64,000 nucleotides of DNA, taken from an uncultured Clostridia bacterium (GTDB taxonomy: Bacteria > Bacillota > Clostridia > TANB77 > CAG-508). Below the pieces are notes generated by a model. That model saw nothing but the letters and a program-made list of their open reading frames with translations. It was not told where the DNA came from and did not search any database. This document shows, in pieces, positions 1-10,054 of this stretch (position 1 is the stretch's first letter; each line of letters opens with the position of its first letter). A program made the position numbers and the translations under genes. The stretch covers positions 4,179-68,178 of the forward strand of contig CALXFC010000001.1 of assembly GCA_944387485.1 (NCBI GenBank). Direction: 5' to 3'.

Positions 1-226
1 AAAAGTAGGAATAAAAAAGATTAGTTTAGCAGGAGGAGTATCTGCAAATTCATATATAAGGGAAGCATTTTCAGAATTAGAAAAAGAAGGAATAAAAGTC
101 TATATGCCAGACCTAAAATTATGTACAGATAATGCAGCAATGATAGCGTCAAGCGGATACTATAATTATATAAACGGAAAAAGAGATAATATGGAATTAA
201 ATGCAGTACCGAATTTAAAAATATAA
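1..226 (+). CDS. tsaD: tRNA N6-adenosine threonylcarbamoyltransferase TsaD (Gcp), C-terminal end (partial, 5' truncated by window edge)
   Basis: Translation in frame ...KVGIKKISLAGGVSANSYIREAFSELEKEGIKVYMPDLKLCTDNAAMIASSGYYN... matches the conserved TsaD/Kae1 C-terminus; stop at 224-226. Confidence 0.6.
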   Translation, partial: KVGIKKISLAGGVSANSYIREAFSELEKEGIKVYMPDLKLCTDNAAMIASSGYYNYINGKRDNMELNAVPNLKI

Positions 227-246
227 ACTAAAGAGAGGATAGAAAA

Positions 247-648
247 ATGGAAAAAGAGCAAAGAAATTTAAATAATAAAAAGGCTAGTAGTAAAAAGGTA
301 AAGAGAAAAGCAAGAAAAATAGATAAAAGAAAAGTTTTAATTTTTTTAATTGGTGTTATAATAGTAGTGGTATTGAGCATAAAAGTAGCAGATGCTAGTA
401 AAATAAACAAAAAGGAGAAAAAAGCAGAAGAAGTATTTGGAAATGATTATTGCAATTCAGTTTTACATATGGCTACAAAAGATTTGACACCACATACATG
501 TAGTATTTGTGGAGAAGAATTTGAAGATTCTAGTATGAGGGCAAATATATGTGATGAATGTAGCAAAGAACTAGATCGTTGTGATTTTTGTGGTAAGAAA
601 TTAAGTGAAGAAGTAAAAAAAGAAAGAAGCGAATTATTAGGAGAGTAG
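247..648 (+). CDS. hypothetical membrane-anchored Cys-rich (zinc-ribbon-like, CxxC x2) protein
   Basis: 133-aa ORF with lysine-rich N-terminus, one TM helix, two CxxC pairs (CSICGEE...CDEC...CDFCGKK). Confidence 0.45.
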   Translation: MEKEQRNLNNKKASSKKVKRKARKIDKRKVLIFLIGVIIVVVLSIKVADASKINKKEKKAEEVFGNDYCNSVLHMATKDLTPHTCSICGEEFEDSSMRANICDECSKELDRCDFCGKKLSEEVKKERSELLGE

Positions 649-651
649 TAA

Positions 652-1354
652 ATGATATATACAATTCGGAGATTTACATCTATCTTTTAAAGAAAATAAG
701 CCAATGAGTATATTTGGAGAAAATTGGAATGGACATGAGGAAAAAATAAAAAAAGATTGGATAGAAAAAGTAAGTAAAGAAGATTTAGTAGTATTACCAG
801 GAGATTTTTCATGGGCTACATATTTAAAAGATACTGATGAAGATTTTAGATATTTAAATGAACTACCAGGAAGAAAGTTGTTACTAAAAGGTAACCATGA
901 TTATTGGTGGAGTACATTAAATAAAATGAGGGAATTTTTAAAAGAAAATAATTTTAATAATATAGATTTTTTGTATAATAATTCATATAAATTCGAAGAA
1001 AAAGTAATTGTAGGGACAAGAGGATGGAATATGTCAGAAGATGCAGAAGATATAAGATTATTTAAAAGAGAAGCTATAAGATTAGAATTATCTATTCAAG
1101 ATGGAATAAAAAAGTATGGAAAAGATAAAGAATATATTGCATTCACTCATTATCCACCAATTACAAAGTCTAATCTAATTAATAATGAATTAAATGATAT
1201 GCTAAGAATTTTAATGAAATATAATATAAAAAAATGCTATTATGGACACTTACATAGCACGTCAATAAAAGAAGCAGTAGAAGGAGAACATTTTGGAATA
1301 GATTTTAAATTAGTAAGTGCAGATGGTGTGGATTTTAAATTAGTAAAAATATAA
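652..1354 (+). CDS. metallophosphoesterase (calcineurin-like), reading frame broken at an in-frame CGG codon (667-669); the downstream +1 frame continues GDLHLSF... (conserved GDxHG motif)
   Basis: ATG at 652 gives MIYTI-R(CGG)-RFTSIF*. Skipping C667 gives MIYTIGDLHLSFKENKPMSIFGENW...GNHDYWW...HYPP, a full phosphoesterase. Six-frame ORF 704..1354 is the C-terminal remainder. Confidence 0.6.
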
Positions 1355-1429
1355 AATAATAAGCAAGAATAAAAAAGATAATAAAGGTAAAAGCGAAGAA
1401 ATAAGTCCTTAGAATAAAAGGAGTATCAA

Positions 1430-3476
1430 ATGATAGATTTAAATAAAGATGTAAAGTATATTAAAGGAGTAGGACCAAATAGAGTTCTACTTTTAAATAA
1501 ACTTCGGAATATTTACTTTAAAAGATTTAATTACATATTATCCAAGAACATATGAAGATAGAAGTAAACCAAAATATCTTTATGATTGTGAAGATGGAGA
1601 AGAAGTTTTAGTAGAAGCGGTTGCGTGTAGTAGACTAAATAATATTAGACTAAAAGGAAAAACTATGCAAAGATTGCTTATTAAAGATGAAACTGATTCG
1701 GCTTTAATTACATGGTTTAATCAACCATATTTAAAAGATAAATTTGTTGTAGGACATAAATATAAATTCTTTGGAAAAGTAAGTAAAAAAGGTGGAAAAG
1801 TAACATTTAATTCTCCTGTATTTGATGAAAAAGAAAAAACACAAAATACAGGAAGAATTATCCCAATATATCCACTAACATATAAGCTTTCACAAAATCA
1901 ATTAAGAAAAATAATGGAAGCAGGAATAAAAGAAGTATATGGGAATTTACCAGAAACACTTCCAGAATATTTATTAAAAGAATATAATTTAGAAGATATA
2001 AACAATGCAACAAAGAATATACATTTTCCAGACGAATTTAAAGATTTTAATATAGCAAGAAGAAGGTTAGTGTTTGAAGAATTATTAACAGTACAACTAG
2101 CATTATTAGAACTAAAAAATAGTTATAATAATGATATAAAAGGTATTGAGTTTAGTAAAGAAGCAAAGATGTCAGATGTAATAAATACTTTACCTTTTAA
2201 ATTAACAAAAGCACAGTTAAGGGTTTTAGAAGAAATAGATAGAGACATGGAATCTAGTAAAAATATGAATAGGTTATTACAAGGAGATGTAGGTTCAGGA
2301 AAAACTGTTGTTGCAATGTGTGCTGCATATAAAGCAGTAAAATCAGGATATCAAGCAGCAATAATGGCTCCAACGGCAATTCTTGCAACACAACACTTAG
2401 AAAACTTTAAGGGTATTTTAGAAAAATTAGGAATAAGATGTGAATTACTAATATCAGGAATAACAAAAAAGAAAAAAGAAGATATATTAGAAAGATTAAA
2501 AAATGGAGAGATAGATATTTTAATTGGTACACATGCTATTATAGAAGATAATGTAATATTTAAAAATTTAGGACTAGTTGTAACAGATGAACAACATAGA
2601 TTTGGAGTAAAGCAAAGAACAAAAATTGCAGAAAAAGGGGAAAATCCAGACGTATTGGTTATGACAGCAACACCAATACCAAGAACATTAGCATTAATAT
2701 TATATGGTGACCTGGACATATCAATAATAGATGAATTACCACCAAATAGAAAGAAGATAGAAACATTTGCAGTAAATAAAAATATGACAGATAGGGTAAA
2801 TGCATTTATAAAAAAACAAATAGATGAAGGAAGACAGGCATATATTGTATGCCCTTTAGTTGAAGAAAATGAAGAAATGGATTTAAAATCTGTAGAAAAA
2901 ATTTATGAAACATATAGTAAAGAAGTATTTCCAAAATATAGAGTTGAGTACATACACGGAAAAATGAAACAAAAAGATAAAGATAGTATAATGGAAAGAT
3001 TTAAAGATGGAGAAATAGATATATTAATATCTACAACAGTAATAGAAGTAGGAGTAGATGTACCAAACAGCAATATAATGGTAATAGAAAATGCAGAAAG
3101 ATTTGGTTTAGCACAACTTCACCAGTTAAGAGGAAGGGTAGGAAGAGGAGACTACCAATCATACTGTATTCTAAAGTTTGAAGGAAAAAGTGATACTGTA
3201 CGTAAAAGAATGAAAGTTATGTGTGAGACAAATGATGGGTTCATTATTTCAGAAAAAGATTTAGAGTTAAGAGGCTCAGGAGATTTCTTTGGTACAATGC
3301 AACATGGACTTCCAGAATTTAAAATAGCAAATTTATTTGAAGATGTGGATATGTTAAAAATGGTACAAAGTGTTGCAATGAAGATATTAATTGATGATCC
3401 AAAATTAGAAAAACCAGAAAATAAATTGTTAAAAGAATTAATTAGAGATAAATTTGCTAAAAGAATTGAAATATAA
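1430..3476 (+). CDS. recG: ATP-dependent DNA helicase RecG, frame broken at in-frame CGG (1505-1507); the 1665..3476 ORF is the body
   Basis: N-terminus MIDLNKDVKYIKGVGPNRVLLLNKL-R(CGG)... terminates. Skipping C1505 restores KLGIFTLKDLITYYPRTYEDRSKP... continuous with wedge and helicase motifs (GDVGSGKT, DEQHRFG, QLRGRVGRG). Confidence 0.8.
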
Positions 3477-3477
3477 T

Positions 3478-3508
3478 GCTGTTTTTGGGGACGGAGCAAA
3501 AAAACAGT
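3478..3508. repeat. copy 1 of the intergenic palindromic element CTGTTTTT-GGGGACGGAG-AAAAACAG
   Basis: GCTGTTTTTGGGGACGGAGCAAAAAAACAG immediately after the recG stop; near-identical copies at 16623, 25047, 58459, 61208. Confidence 0.7.
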
Positions 3509-3527
3509 AAAGACAACAGGGATTTGG

Positions 3528-3621
3528 AGCAAGTTTTTAAATTCAAGCTTCGCTTACCAGCAAATTAACTACCCTTAATTTCCCTACGTTAATTTGCTTA
3601 ATTTAAAAACTTGCTTTTTAT
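3528..3621 (+). terminator. long branched hairpin followed by a T-tract (terminator or structured RNA)
   Basis: AGCAAGTTTTTAAATT (3528-3543) pairs with AATTTAAAAACTTGCT (3600-3615) then TTTTTAT. Inner stem GCAAATTAAC (3559-3568) pairs with GTTAATTTGC (3588-3597). Confidence 0.5.
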
Positions 3622-3708
3622 ATTTTCTTGGGAAGCAACATACTTATTGACTTTTTATATGGAAAATAGTATATTTATATAGAAGAAATAAAAAAGGATG
3701 TAGATAAA

Positions 3709-3900
3709 ATGTTAAAAGCAATTATTACTTTAATAGCAGTTATTATGGTACTTGTAGGAGTAATTTTAATATATGATGCAAGAATTATTACAAAGAAATT
3801 TTTTGGATTTGGTGACCAAAATGAAGGTTCTAGTGGATTAAAAATATTAGGCTTTTTAATATCAATTATTGGTGGACTTATTTTGTACTTTAATTTTTAA
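3709..3900 (+). CDS. small hypothetical membrane protein (2 TM)
   Basis: 63-aa hydrophobic ORF. Upstream TTGACT-N17-TATATT promoter-like (3640-3670) and an AAAGGATG RBS. Confidence 0.4.
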   Translation: MLKAIITLIAVIMVLVGVILIYDARIITKKFFGFGDQNEGSSGLKILGFLISIIGGLILYFNF

Positions 3901-3958
3901 AAAAGCACTTGACAAAACATGGTTTGTTGTGCTAATATTATTATTGTTAGTTAAATAT

Positions 3959-4042
3959 GCGGATGTGGCGGAACTGGTAGACGCGCTGGTCTTAGGAACC
4001 AGTGCCAATGGCGTGGGGGTTCAAGTCCCTTCATCCGCACCA
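3959..4042 (+). tRNA. tRNA-Leu (anticodon TAG), with encoded CCA
   Basis: GCGGATGTGGCGGAACTGGTAGACGCGCTGGTCTTAGGAACCAGTGCCAATGGCGTGGGGGTTCAAGTCCCTTCATCCGCACCA: 7-bp acceptor stem, long variable arm, anticodon loop CT-TAG-GA, T-arm GGTTCAAGTCC. Confidence 0.85.
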
Positions 4043-4235
4043 TTAAATTCTATATAATTAAAACATTAAATCATTTTAAGATTCTTATAATTATTTTCTA
4101 TATTTAAACAATTTGTTTCTTAATATTTCCGTATAAAAAAGTTTCATTAAATTATTATTTGAAGAAATAAATTTCTAAAGGCATATTAACTTATTTATTA
4201 AATATGTTATGTTGGTAAAGAAAGAAGAATGTCAA

Positions 4236-4660
4236 ATGAAACAATTAGAAAAAGAAGAAAATTATAATAAGAAGAATTTCGAAGAGATAAAACATATGCA
4301 AGAAAATAAATGAAAGTTTTAAATTATAAGAACTGGAGACATTTTGATAGGTTAATACAAAAAGCAAAAGTGGCTTGTAAAAACTCCGGTATAACTGATA
4401 AAACAAAATGGTTGAAATAGGATCCGGAGCAAAAAGAAAACAGAAAGATTATAAATTAACAAGGTATGCAGTCTACTGACAAAAGCTAAAAAAAGATAAT
4501 ATACAAAATAAAAAAGGTGCAAATGAGACTCATTACAATATCGGAAAAATTGTTAGAAAAGCTATAAAAGAAGCAGGGCGAAACTATGCCAGAAAATTTA
4601 CCTATGCCTAAAAAGAGTTTAAAGCAATTACAAAAAGAAAATAAGAAAAATTTAAAATAA
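4236..4660 (+). pseudogene. decayed dinD-like (DNA-damage-inducible protein D family) gene remnant, multiple stops, frameshifts and deletions
   Basis: Fragments in different frames: MKVLNYKNWRHFDRLIQKAKVACKNSGITDKTKWL (like E. coli DinD ...RDWRNFQKVLARATQACEASNQ...) and GETMPENLPMPKKSLKQLQKENKKNLK* (like the DinD C-terminus GGTMPEELPTPQVSIKQLE...). Total length well below an intact ~275-aa gene. Confidence 0.5.
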
Positions 4661-4678
4661 AATTATAAAAGAATTAAA

Positions 4679-4843
4679 TTGGAGAAAATTACGAAAATAA
4701 AAGCTAGAGCAAAGATAAATTTAAATTTGTTAGGTTTAGAGAAAAGAGAAGATAATTATCATAATATAAAATCAGTATTAAAAAAAATTAATTTATATGA
4801 TGAAATATATATAAGAATGTTCTACAAGTTAGAGAATGTTTAA
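4679..4843 (+). pseudogene. ispE: N-terminal fragment of ispE (4-diphosphocytidyl-2-C-methyl-D-erythritol kinase), truncated after ~54 codons
   Basis: (TTG)EKITKIKARAKINLNLLGLEKREDNYHNIKSVLKKINLYDEIYIRMFYKLENV* matches the IspE N-terminal motif KAxAKINLxLxVLGKRxDGYHxLxxxxxxIDLYDxI. No kinase body follows. Confidence 0.55.
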
Positions 4844-4977
4844 AAACTAGTTAGTTCTTAGAGTTTACAAATTAAAATTACAAAGTAATTATAACAATAA
4901 TTTTTAATATTTACAAATTTATAAAAAATTAAGAAAATATAAATTGTTTTTCTATTCAAGTATTGTTATAATATTGT

Positions 4978-5733
4978 ATGATAGATAAAAACAAAGGGGT
5001 TATAAAAGTGAATGGAGATAAGAAAAAATATAAAACATTAAAAATAGCAGTATTAATAGTTGCAATTTTACTTTTAATTGCTTTAACAATATATTTATTT
5101 CCAATGGCAAAAAAATTATTTAATCCTCAAGGAAGGGAAGTATTTAAAGAAGAGATACAATCATCTGGTTTTACTGGAATACTCATATTATTAGGATTAC
5201 AAGGAGTGCAAATATTACTTCCAATACTTCCAGGAGAGCCAATAGAAATACTAGCAGGGATGTGCTATGGACCAATTGGTGGATTTATATTTTTAATGAT
5301 ATCAGTATTTCTGATAACGTCGTTAATATTTTTTGCAGTAAGGAAATTAGGAAGAAGTTTTGTGTATGGTGTGTGTAGCGAGGAAAAAATAAAAAAATTA
5401 GAGAATAGCAAATTACTTAAAAATTCCAAAAAAGTAGAATATATAATGTTAATATTATTTTTAATTCCTGGAACACCAAAAGATTTATTAGTATATATAG
5501 GCGGATTACTTCCAATAAAACCGTTAAGATTTATATTAATATCAACATTTGCAAGAATACCATCTATGATATCATCTACAGTTGCGGGTTCTAGTATAGT
5601 AGAAGGAAATTGGAAGTTTGGAGTAATATTATATGTATTAACATTTTTATTAGTTGGAATAGTAGTTTTTATTGCAGAAAAAAGAGATAAAAGTAAGTTA
5701 ACAAAAGAAATAATAGATAATGTGAGACAATAG
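4978..5733 (+). CDS. TVP38/TMEM64 (DedA/SNARE-associated) family membrane protein
   Basis: Multi-TM 251-aa protein with the PGTPKDLLVYIGGL motif typical of the family. Confidence 0.65.
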   Translation: MIDKNKGVIKVNGDKKKYKTLKIAVLIVAILLLIALTIYLFPMAKKLFNPQGREVFKEEIQSSGFTGILILLGLQGVQILLPILPGEPIEILAGMCYGPIGGFIFLMISVFLITSLIFFAVRKLGRSFVYGVCSEEKIKKLENSKLLKNSKKVEYIMLILFLIPGTPKDLLVYIGGLLPIKPLRFILISTFARIPSMISSTVAGSSIVEGNWKFGVILYVLTFLLVGIVVFIAEKRDKSKLTKEIIDNVRQ

Positions 5734-5852
5734 AGAAGATAACTTTTGTCTCACTTTTATATTATTTTAAAATGTGGAACAAAAAAGACCTGTCCCCAAT
5801 TGTTTCATTTCTTAATTTATGTTATTATATAAGAGGCAAGGAGGAGATTATT

Positions 5853-6344
5853 TTGATTAAAGCAATTGTATATAATAGTGAAACAGGTTTTACAAAAGAA
5901 TATGCTAAGATGTTATCTGAAAGATTAAATGTTTCTTATTATACTTTAGAAGAAGCAAAAAAAGAACTAAATAAACAAGACGAGATAGTGTATTTAGGTT
6001 GGATATGTGCAGGAGCAATTAAAGGACTAAATAAAGTAAGAAATAGATATAAAGTAAAATGCTATGGTGCAGTTGGAGCATTTCCAAAAGAGGATAATTA
6101 CATAGAATCTTTAATAAAATCAAATGGTTTAGAAAACGATAAATTATTTTACTTAAGGGGTGGAATTAATTTTAAAAAGTTAAAGGGCTATAAAAAATTA
6201 ATTGTAAAAATAGTAGGTCGTGTTTTAGAAAAGAATAATAAGGGTAAAGAAGGTAGTGAAGAATTAATTAAGATTTTTAATGAAGGTGCTAGCTTTGTAG
6301 ATTCTAAAAATTTAGATGAGATGATAGATTATATAAAAAAGTAG
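5853..6344 (+). CDS. flavodoxin-like domain protein (TTG start after an AAGGAGGA RBS)
   Basis: LIKAIVYNSETGFTKEYAKMLSERL...YLGWICAGAIKGL... The six-frame ORF begins at 5772 but the RBS (5837-5844) plus TTG at 5853 fit better. Confidence 0.5.
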   Translation: MIKAIVYNSETGFTKEYAKMLSERLNVSYYTLEEAKKELNKQDEIVYLGWICAGAIKGLNKVRNRYKVKCYGAVGAFPKEDNYIESLIKSNGLENDKLFYLRGGINFKKLKGYKKLIVKIVGRVLEKNNKGKEGSEELIKIFNEGASFVDSKNLDEMIDYIKK

Positions 6345-6353
6345 GAGATAAAT

Positions 6354-7718
6354 ATGCCAGTAGAGAAAAATAAAGAGTATATAGTAGACATAATAGATAA
6401 TGGATTTGAAGGAGAAGGAATTGCAAAAATAGAAGGTTTTACAATATTTATACCAAATACTATAAAAGGTGAAAAAGTAAAAATACTAATTGTTAAAGTT
6501 CTAAAATCACATGCATTTGGAAAGGCGGTAGAAATAATAAAATCTTCAAAATACAGAGTAAAAAGTGACTGTGAAACTTATAGACGCTGTGGTGGCTGTG
6601 ATTTAAGGCATATCAAATATGAAGAAACCTTAAAAATGAAACAAAATGCAGTTCAAAGTTTAGTAAATAAAACTTTAAAAAATAAAATAAAAGTAGAAGA
6701 AACACTTGGTATGGAAAATCCATTGTTTTATAGAAATAAAGCACAATATCCAGTAGGATTAGATAAAGAAGGTGACCCTATAATTGGAGTTTTTGCAAAT
6801 AGAACACATGAGATTATACCAATAAAAGAATGTTTAATACAAAATAAAGAGAGCCAAGAGTTAGCAAAGTTTGTTTTAGAGTTTATTAAGAAAAATAATA
6901 TTTCTGTCTATGATGAAAATACTAGAAAAGGTTTAGTAAGGCATATTGTAACAAAAGTAGGCTTAAAAACAAATGAAGTAATGTTAGTATTAGTTATAAA
7001 TGGAAAAGAAATACCTAAAGAAAAGAAATTAGTAGAAGAAGTTTTAGAAAAATTCCAAAATGTAAAGGCAATAGTAAAAAATATAAATACTAAGAATACT
7101 AATGTTATTATGGGAAAAGAAAATATTAATCTACATGGAAACGGATATATTACTGATATTTTAGGAGACTATAAATTTAAAATATCACCACTATCATTTT
7201 ATCAAGTAAATCCTGTGCAAGCAGAGAAGTTATATAATATTGGAGTAGAAGCGGCAGATATTTCTAAAAATGATATAGTATTTGATTTGTATTGTGGAAT
7301 TGGTACAATTTCATTATTTATGGCAAAATACGCTAAAAAAGTTTATGGGATAGAAATTGTAGAAGAGGCAATAGAAGATGCTAAAGAAAATGCAAAAATA
7401 AATAAAATGGATAACACAGAATTTATTTCAGGAGATGTAGAAGAAGTATTAGATGATTTAATAAATAATAAAAAGATTATTCCAGATGTTATTATGGTAG
7501 ATCCACCAAGAAAAGGCTTAGATAATAAAAGTGTAGAAAACATATTAAAGGTAAGTCCTAAAAAAGTGGTATATATTAGTTGTAATCCTGCAACATTAGT
7601 TAGAGATTTAGCTAAATTTGAAGAAAAATATGAAATAAAAACAATAAAGCCAGTAGATATGTTTCCATTTAGTAAACATATCGAGAACGTTAGTTTTTTA
7701 GAATTAAAGAGTTTATAA
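6354..7718 (+). CDS. rlmD: 23S rRNA (uracil-C5)-methyltransferase RlmD/RumA family (TRAM plus SAM-MTase, Fe-S Cys cluster)
   Basis: TRAM N-terminus, CETYRRCGGCDLRHI cysteine cluster, MTase motifs DLYCGIGT and VDPPRKG, C-terminal nucleophile region. Confidence 0.8.
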   Translation: MPVEKNKEYIVDIIDNGFEGEGIAKIEGFTIFIPNTIKGEKVKILIVKVLKSHAFGKAVEIIKSSKYRVKSDCETYRRCGGCDLRHIKYEETLKMKQNAVQSLVNKTLKNKIKVEETLGMENPLFYRNKAQYPVGLDKEGDPIIGVFANRTHEIIPIKECLIQNKESQELAKFVLEFIKKNNISVYDENTRKGLVRHIVTKVGLKTNEVMLVLVINGKEIPKEKKLVEEVLEKFQNVKAIVKNINTKNTNVIMGKENINLHGNGYITDILGDYKFKISPLSFYQVNPVQAEKLYNIGVEAADISKNDIVFDLYCGIGTISLFMAKYAKKVYGIEIVEEAIEDAKENAKINKMDNTEFISGDVEEVLDDLINNKKIIPDVIMVDPPRKGLDNKSVENILKVSPKKVVYISCNPATLVRDLAKFEEKYEIKTIKPVDMFPFSKHIENVSFLELKSL

Positions 7719-7759
7719 ATTATTAGTTAAAAGAATAAAGAAAGAAAGTTGAAGATACG

Positions 7760-8236
7760 GTGAAATTTAGAAAGATAGAGATAATAGAATTTGATAAATT
7801 AAAAAAATTATTTCCAGGAAGCGAAAAATTGTGGGAAAATTATAAAAAAATACAAATGGAAAAACTTAAAAAAAGGCAAATAGATATATTTATTCTAGAA
7901 AATAATGGAACTATTATTGGAGAAATCACAGCTAATTATAAAAGTAATAAATTAGAAAATGAAGCTCAAAATGGTGTAAGAGCATATTTGGAAGCTTTTA
8001 GGATAGAAAAAGACTATAGAGAACAAGGTTTAGGACAAAAATTAATTAATAATTGTATAGAGTATTTAGAAAATATAGGTTACACTGAATTTACAATAGG
8101 AGTAGAAGATGAAAATGAAATAGCTAAACATATATATTCTAAACTTGGATTTATAAAATTAATAGGTAAAGGACATGGAGATGAATTTGATAATAGTGAA
8201 TATACTTTATATTTAAAAGAAAATAATAAAAGTTAA
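7760..8236 (+). CDS. GNAT family N-acetyltransferase (start uncertain: GTG 7760 or ATG 7853)
   Basis: Acetyl-CoA binding-like stretch RIEKDYREQGLGQKLINNCIEY. Confidence 0.5.
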   Translation: MKFRKIEIIEFDKLKKLFPGSEKLWENYKKIQMEKLKKRQIDIFILENNGTIIGEITANYKSNKLENEAQNGVRAYLEAFRIEKDYREQGLGQKLINNCIEYLENIGYTEFTIGVEDENEIAKHIYSKLGFIKLIGKGHGDEFDNSEYTLYLKENNKS

Positions 8237-8258
8237 AATAATGTAAAAGGAGAAAAAT

Positions 8259-8669
8259 ATGAAAAAATTAAATGTAATACTTGTTTATAATAAAGAAGAG
8301 GATAAAATACTTATGTGTAAAAGAGAAAAAGAACCTTATAAAGGAAAATTTAATTTAGTTGGTGGAAAAGTAGAAAAAGGTGAAGATGAATTACATGCAG
8401 CATATAGAGAATTGCAAGAAGAAACAGGAATAACTAATGATGATATTAAATTAACACATCTAATGAACTTTCAATATGAAATGTCAGATATGGAATTAGA
8501 ATTATATGTTGGAAAATTAAATAAAGAAAAAGGATTAGTCGAAGAAATAAATAAGCTATTTTGGCTAGATAAGAATGAAAATTTTTTTGATATGGAAAAA
8601 TTTGCAGGGGAAGGAAATATTGGACATATGGTAAAGCAAGTAGAGCTTTATAAAGATAAATTATTTTAA
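8259..8669 (+). CDS. NUDIX hydrolase
   Basis: Nudix box GGKVEKGEDELHAAYRELQEETGI. Confidence 0.75.
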   Translation: MKKLNVILVYNKEEDKILMCKREKEPYKGKFNLVGGKVEKGEDELHAAYRELQEETGITNDDIKLTHLMNFQYEMSDMELELYVGKLNKEKGLVEEINKLFWLDKNENFFDMEKFAGEGNIGHMVKQVELYKDKLF

Positions 8670-8686
8670 ATATTTTAGAGGTAAAA

Positions 8687-9403
8687 ATGAGTAAGATATA
8701 TAAAAAGCTATTATTTGATTTAGATAATACATTAATTGATGATAATGAAAATAGAAGATATGCAATGAGAAAAATATTAAATGATAGAAAAGAAGAAGTA
8801 ACAGATGAGAAATTAGAAAATTTTATAAAGTTAGATGATAAATATTGGAAAGATACAGCAGAAGGAAGAATAAAAAGACCTTATGAATTTAAAACATTAG
8901 AAGAAAAAACTACATGGGTGAGAGCTCAAAGGTTTATAATGTACTTTAATTGTACATTTAAAGAAGCGGTGGCAATTAATGAAAAATATATAGAATATTT
9001 AAAAACAAACATTATCCCTATAAATAATGCTAAAGAAGTATTAGATTATTTGAATAAAAAACAATACGAAATATATATTGTAACAAATGGACCAGAAAGA
9101 CCTGTTAAAGATAAATTAAATAGTATAAAAGCTAATAATTATATAAAAACTATATTTACAGCAGAAGAAGCGGGTTATATGAAGCCGCATAAAGAATTTT
9201 TTGATAAATTTTTTAAGAAGATAAATACTAATAAAAAAGATGATATGTTAATAATAGGTGATGAATTAGAAAAAGATGTATTAGGAGGAATTCAAAATGG
9301 AATAGATTCTTGTTGGTTTAATATGAAAAAATTGGAAAATAATACTAATATTAAACCAAGTTTCGAAATAAACGATTTATTAGATTTAAAAGAGGTTTTG
9401 TAA
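8687..9403 (+). CDS. HAD-superfamily hydrolase (YjjG/5'-nucleotidase-like)
   Basis: Motif I LLFDLDNTLID; motif IV IIGDELEKDVLGG. Confidence 0.7.
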   Translation: MSKIYKKLLFDLDNTLIDDNENRRYAMRKILNDRKEEVTDEKLENFIKLDDKYWKDTAEGRIKRPYEFKTLEEKTTWVRAQRFIMYFNCTFKEAVAINEKYIEYLKTNIIPINNAKEVLDYLNKKQYEIYIVTNGPERPVKDKLNSIKANNYIKTIFTAEEAGYMKPHKEFFDKFFKKINTNKKDDMLIIGDELEKDVLGGIQNGIDSCWFNMKKLENNTNIKPSFEINDLLDLKEVL

Positions 9404-9973
9404 ATGAAAGAAGTAATATTTGTAACACATAATAAAGGAAAAATAGCATCTGCTAATAAGTATTTAAAAGATGTTAATTTTAAAGTATTTAAATACGAAC
9501 TAGAAGAACCTAGAAGTGATGATATAAAATATATTTCAAAATATAAAGTAATGGAAGCTTATAAATTAGTAAATGAACCATGTATATCATTAGATAGTGG
9601 TTTTTGGATAGATGAACTAAATGGATTTCCAAGAGCGTTTGTAAATTATTCTTTAGAAACTATAGGCATAGAAGGAATATTAAAGCTAATGGAAGGAAAA
9701 GAAAATAGAAACTGTAAATTTACAGAATGTTTATCATATTATGATGGAAAAGAATTACATCAATTTATGGGAGAACATCAAGGAACTTTATCTGAAAAAA
9801 TACTAGGAAATGATACTGATAAGAAATGGTCTGATTTATGGTATATATATAAACCATATGGATATGAAAAAACATTAGCACAGATGACAGAAGAAGAAAG
9901 AGAAAATAGAAAGAAATACAAATCAATTGATTCAATGAAAGAATTTGCTAACTGGTATAAAGAAAATGAATAA
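9404..9973 (+). CDS. Ham1/RdgB-like non-canonical purine NTP pyrophosphatase family protein
   Basis: VIFVTHNKGK...SLDSGFWIDELNGFPRAFV resembles the Ham1 TGNxGK...DDSGLxVDALNGxPG signature. Divergent. Confidence 0.45.
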   Translation: MKEVIFVTHNKGKIASANKYLKDVNFKVFKYELEEPRSDDIKYISKYKVMEAYKLVNEPCISLDSGFWIDELNGFPRAFVNYSLETIGIEGILKLMEGKENRNCKFTECLSYYDGKELHQFMGEHQGTLSEKILGNDTDKKWSDLWYIYKPYGYEKTLAQMTEEERENRKKYKSIDSMKEFANWYKENE

Positions 9974-10054
9974 AAAATTTACATAAAAAATATATATAAT
10001 GTTTACTAGATAAAAAATATGTGCTATAATGCTCAAAAAGGAGGAATTTTTTAT

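Noticed and set aside
2351-3532. Minus-strand ORFs 2351..2719 and 3152..3532 inside recG
   Set aside because: Antisense to a well-supported recG; no RBS or motifs; typical AT-rich antisense ORFs. The same reasoning applies to the other minus-strand ORFs at 10291, 11500, 17370, 17580, 32031-32986, 33424-34054, 34576, 35089-35482, 36942, 39876, 40319, 40999-42114, 49258, 49565, 56368-58227, 59377-61150, 62024, 62450, 63738.
3869-4057. 62-aa ORF overlapping tRNA-Leu
   Set aside because: It covers the tRNA gene entirely, and its 'protein' ends in the tRNA sequence. Spurious.
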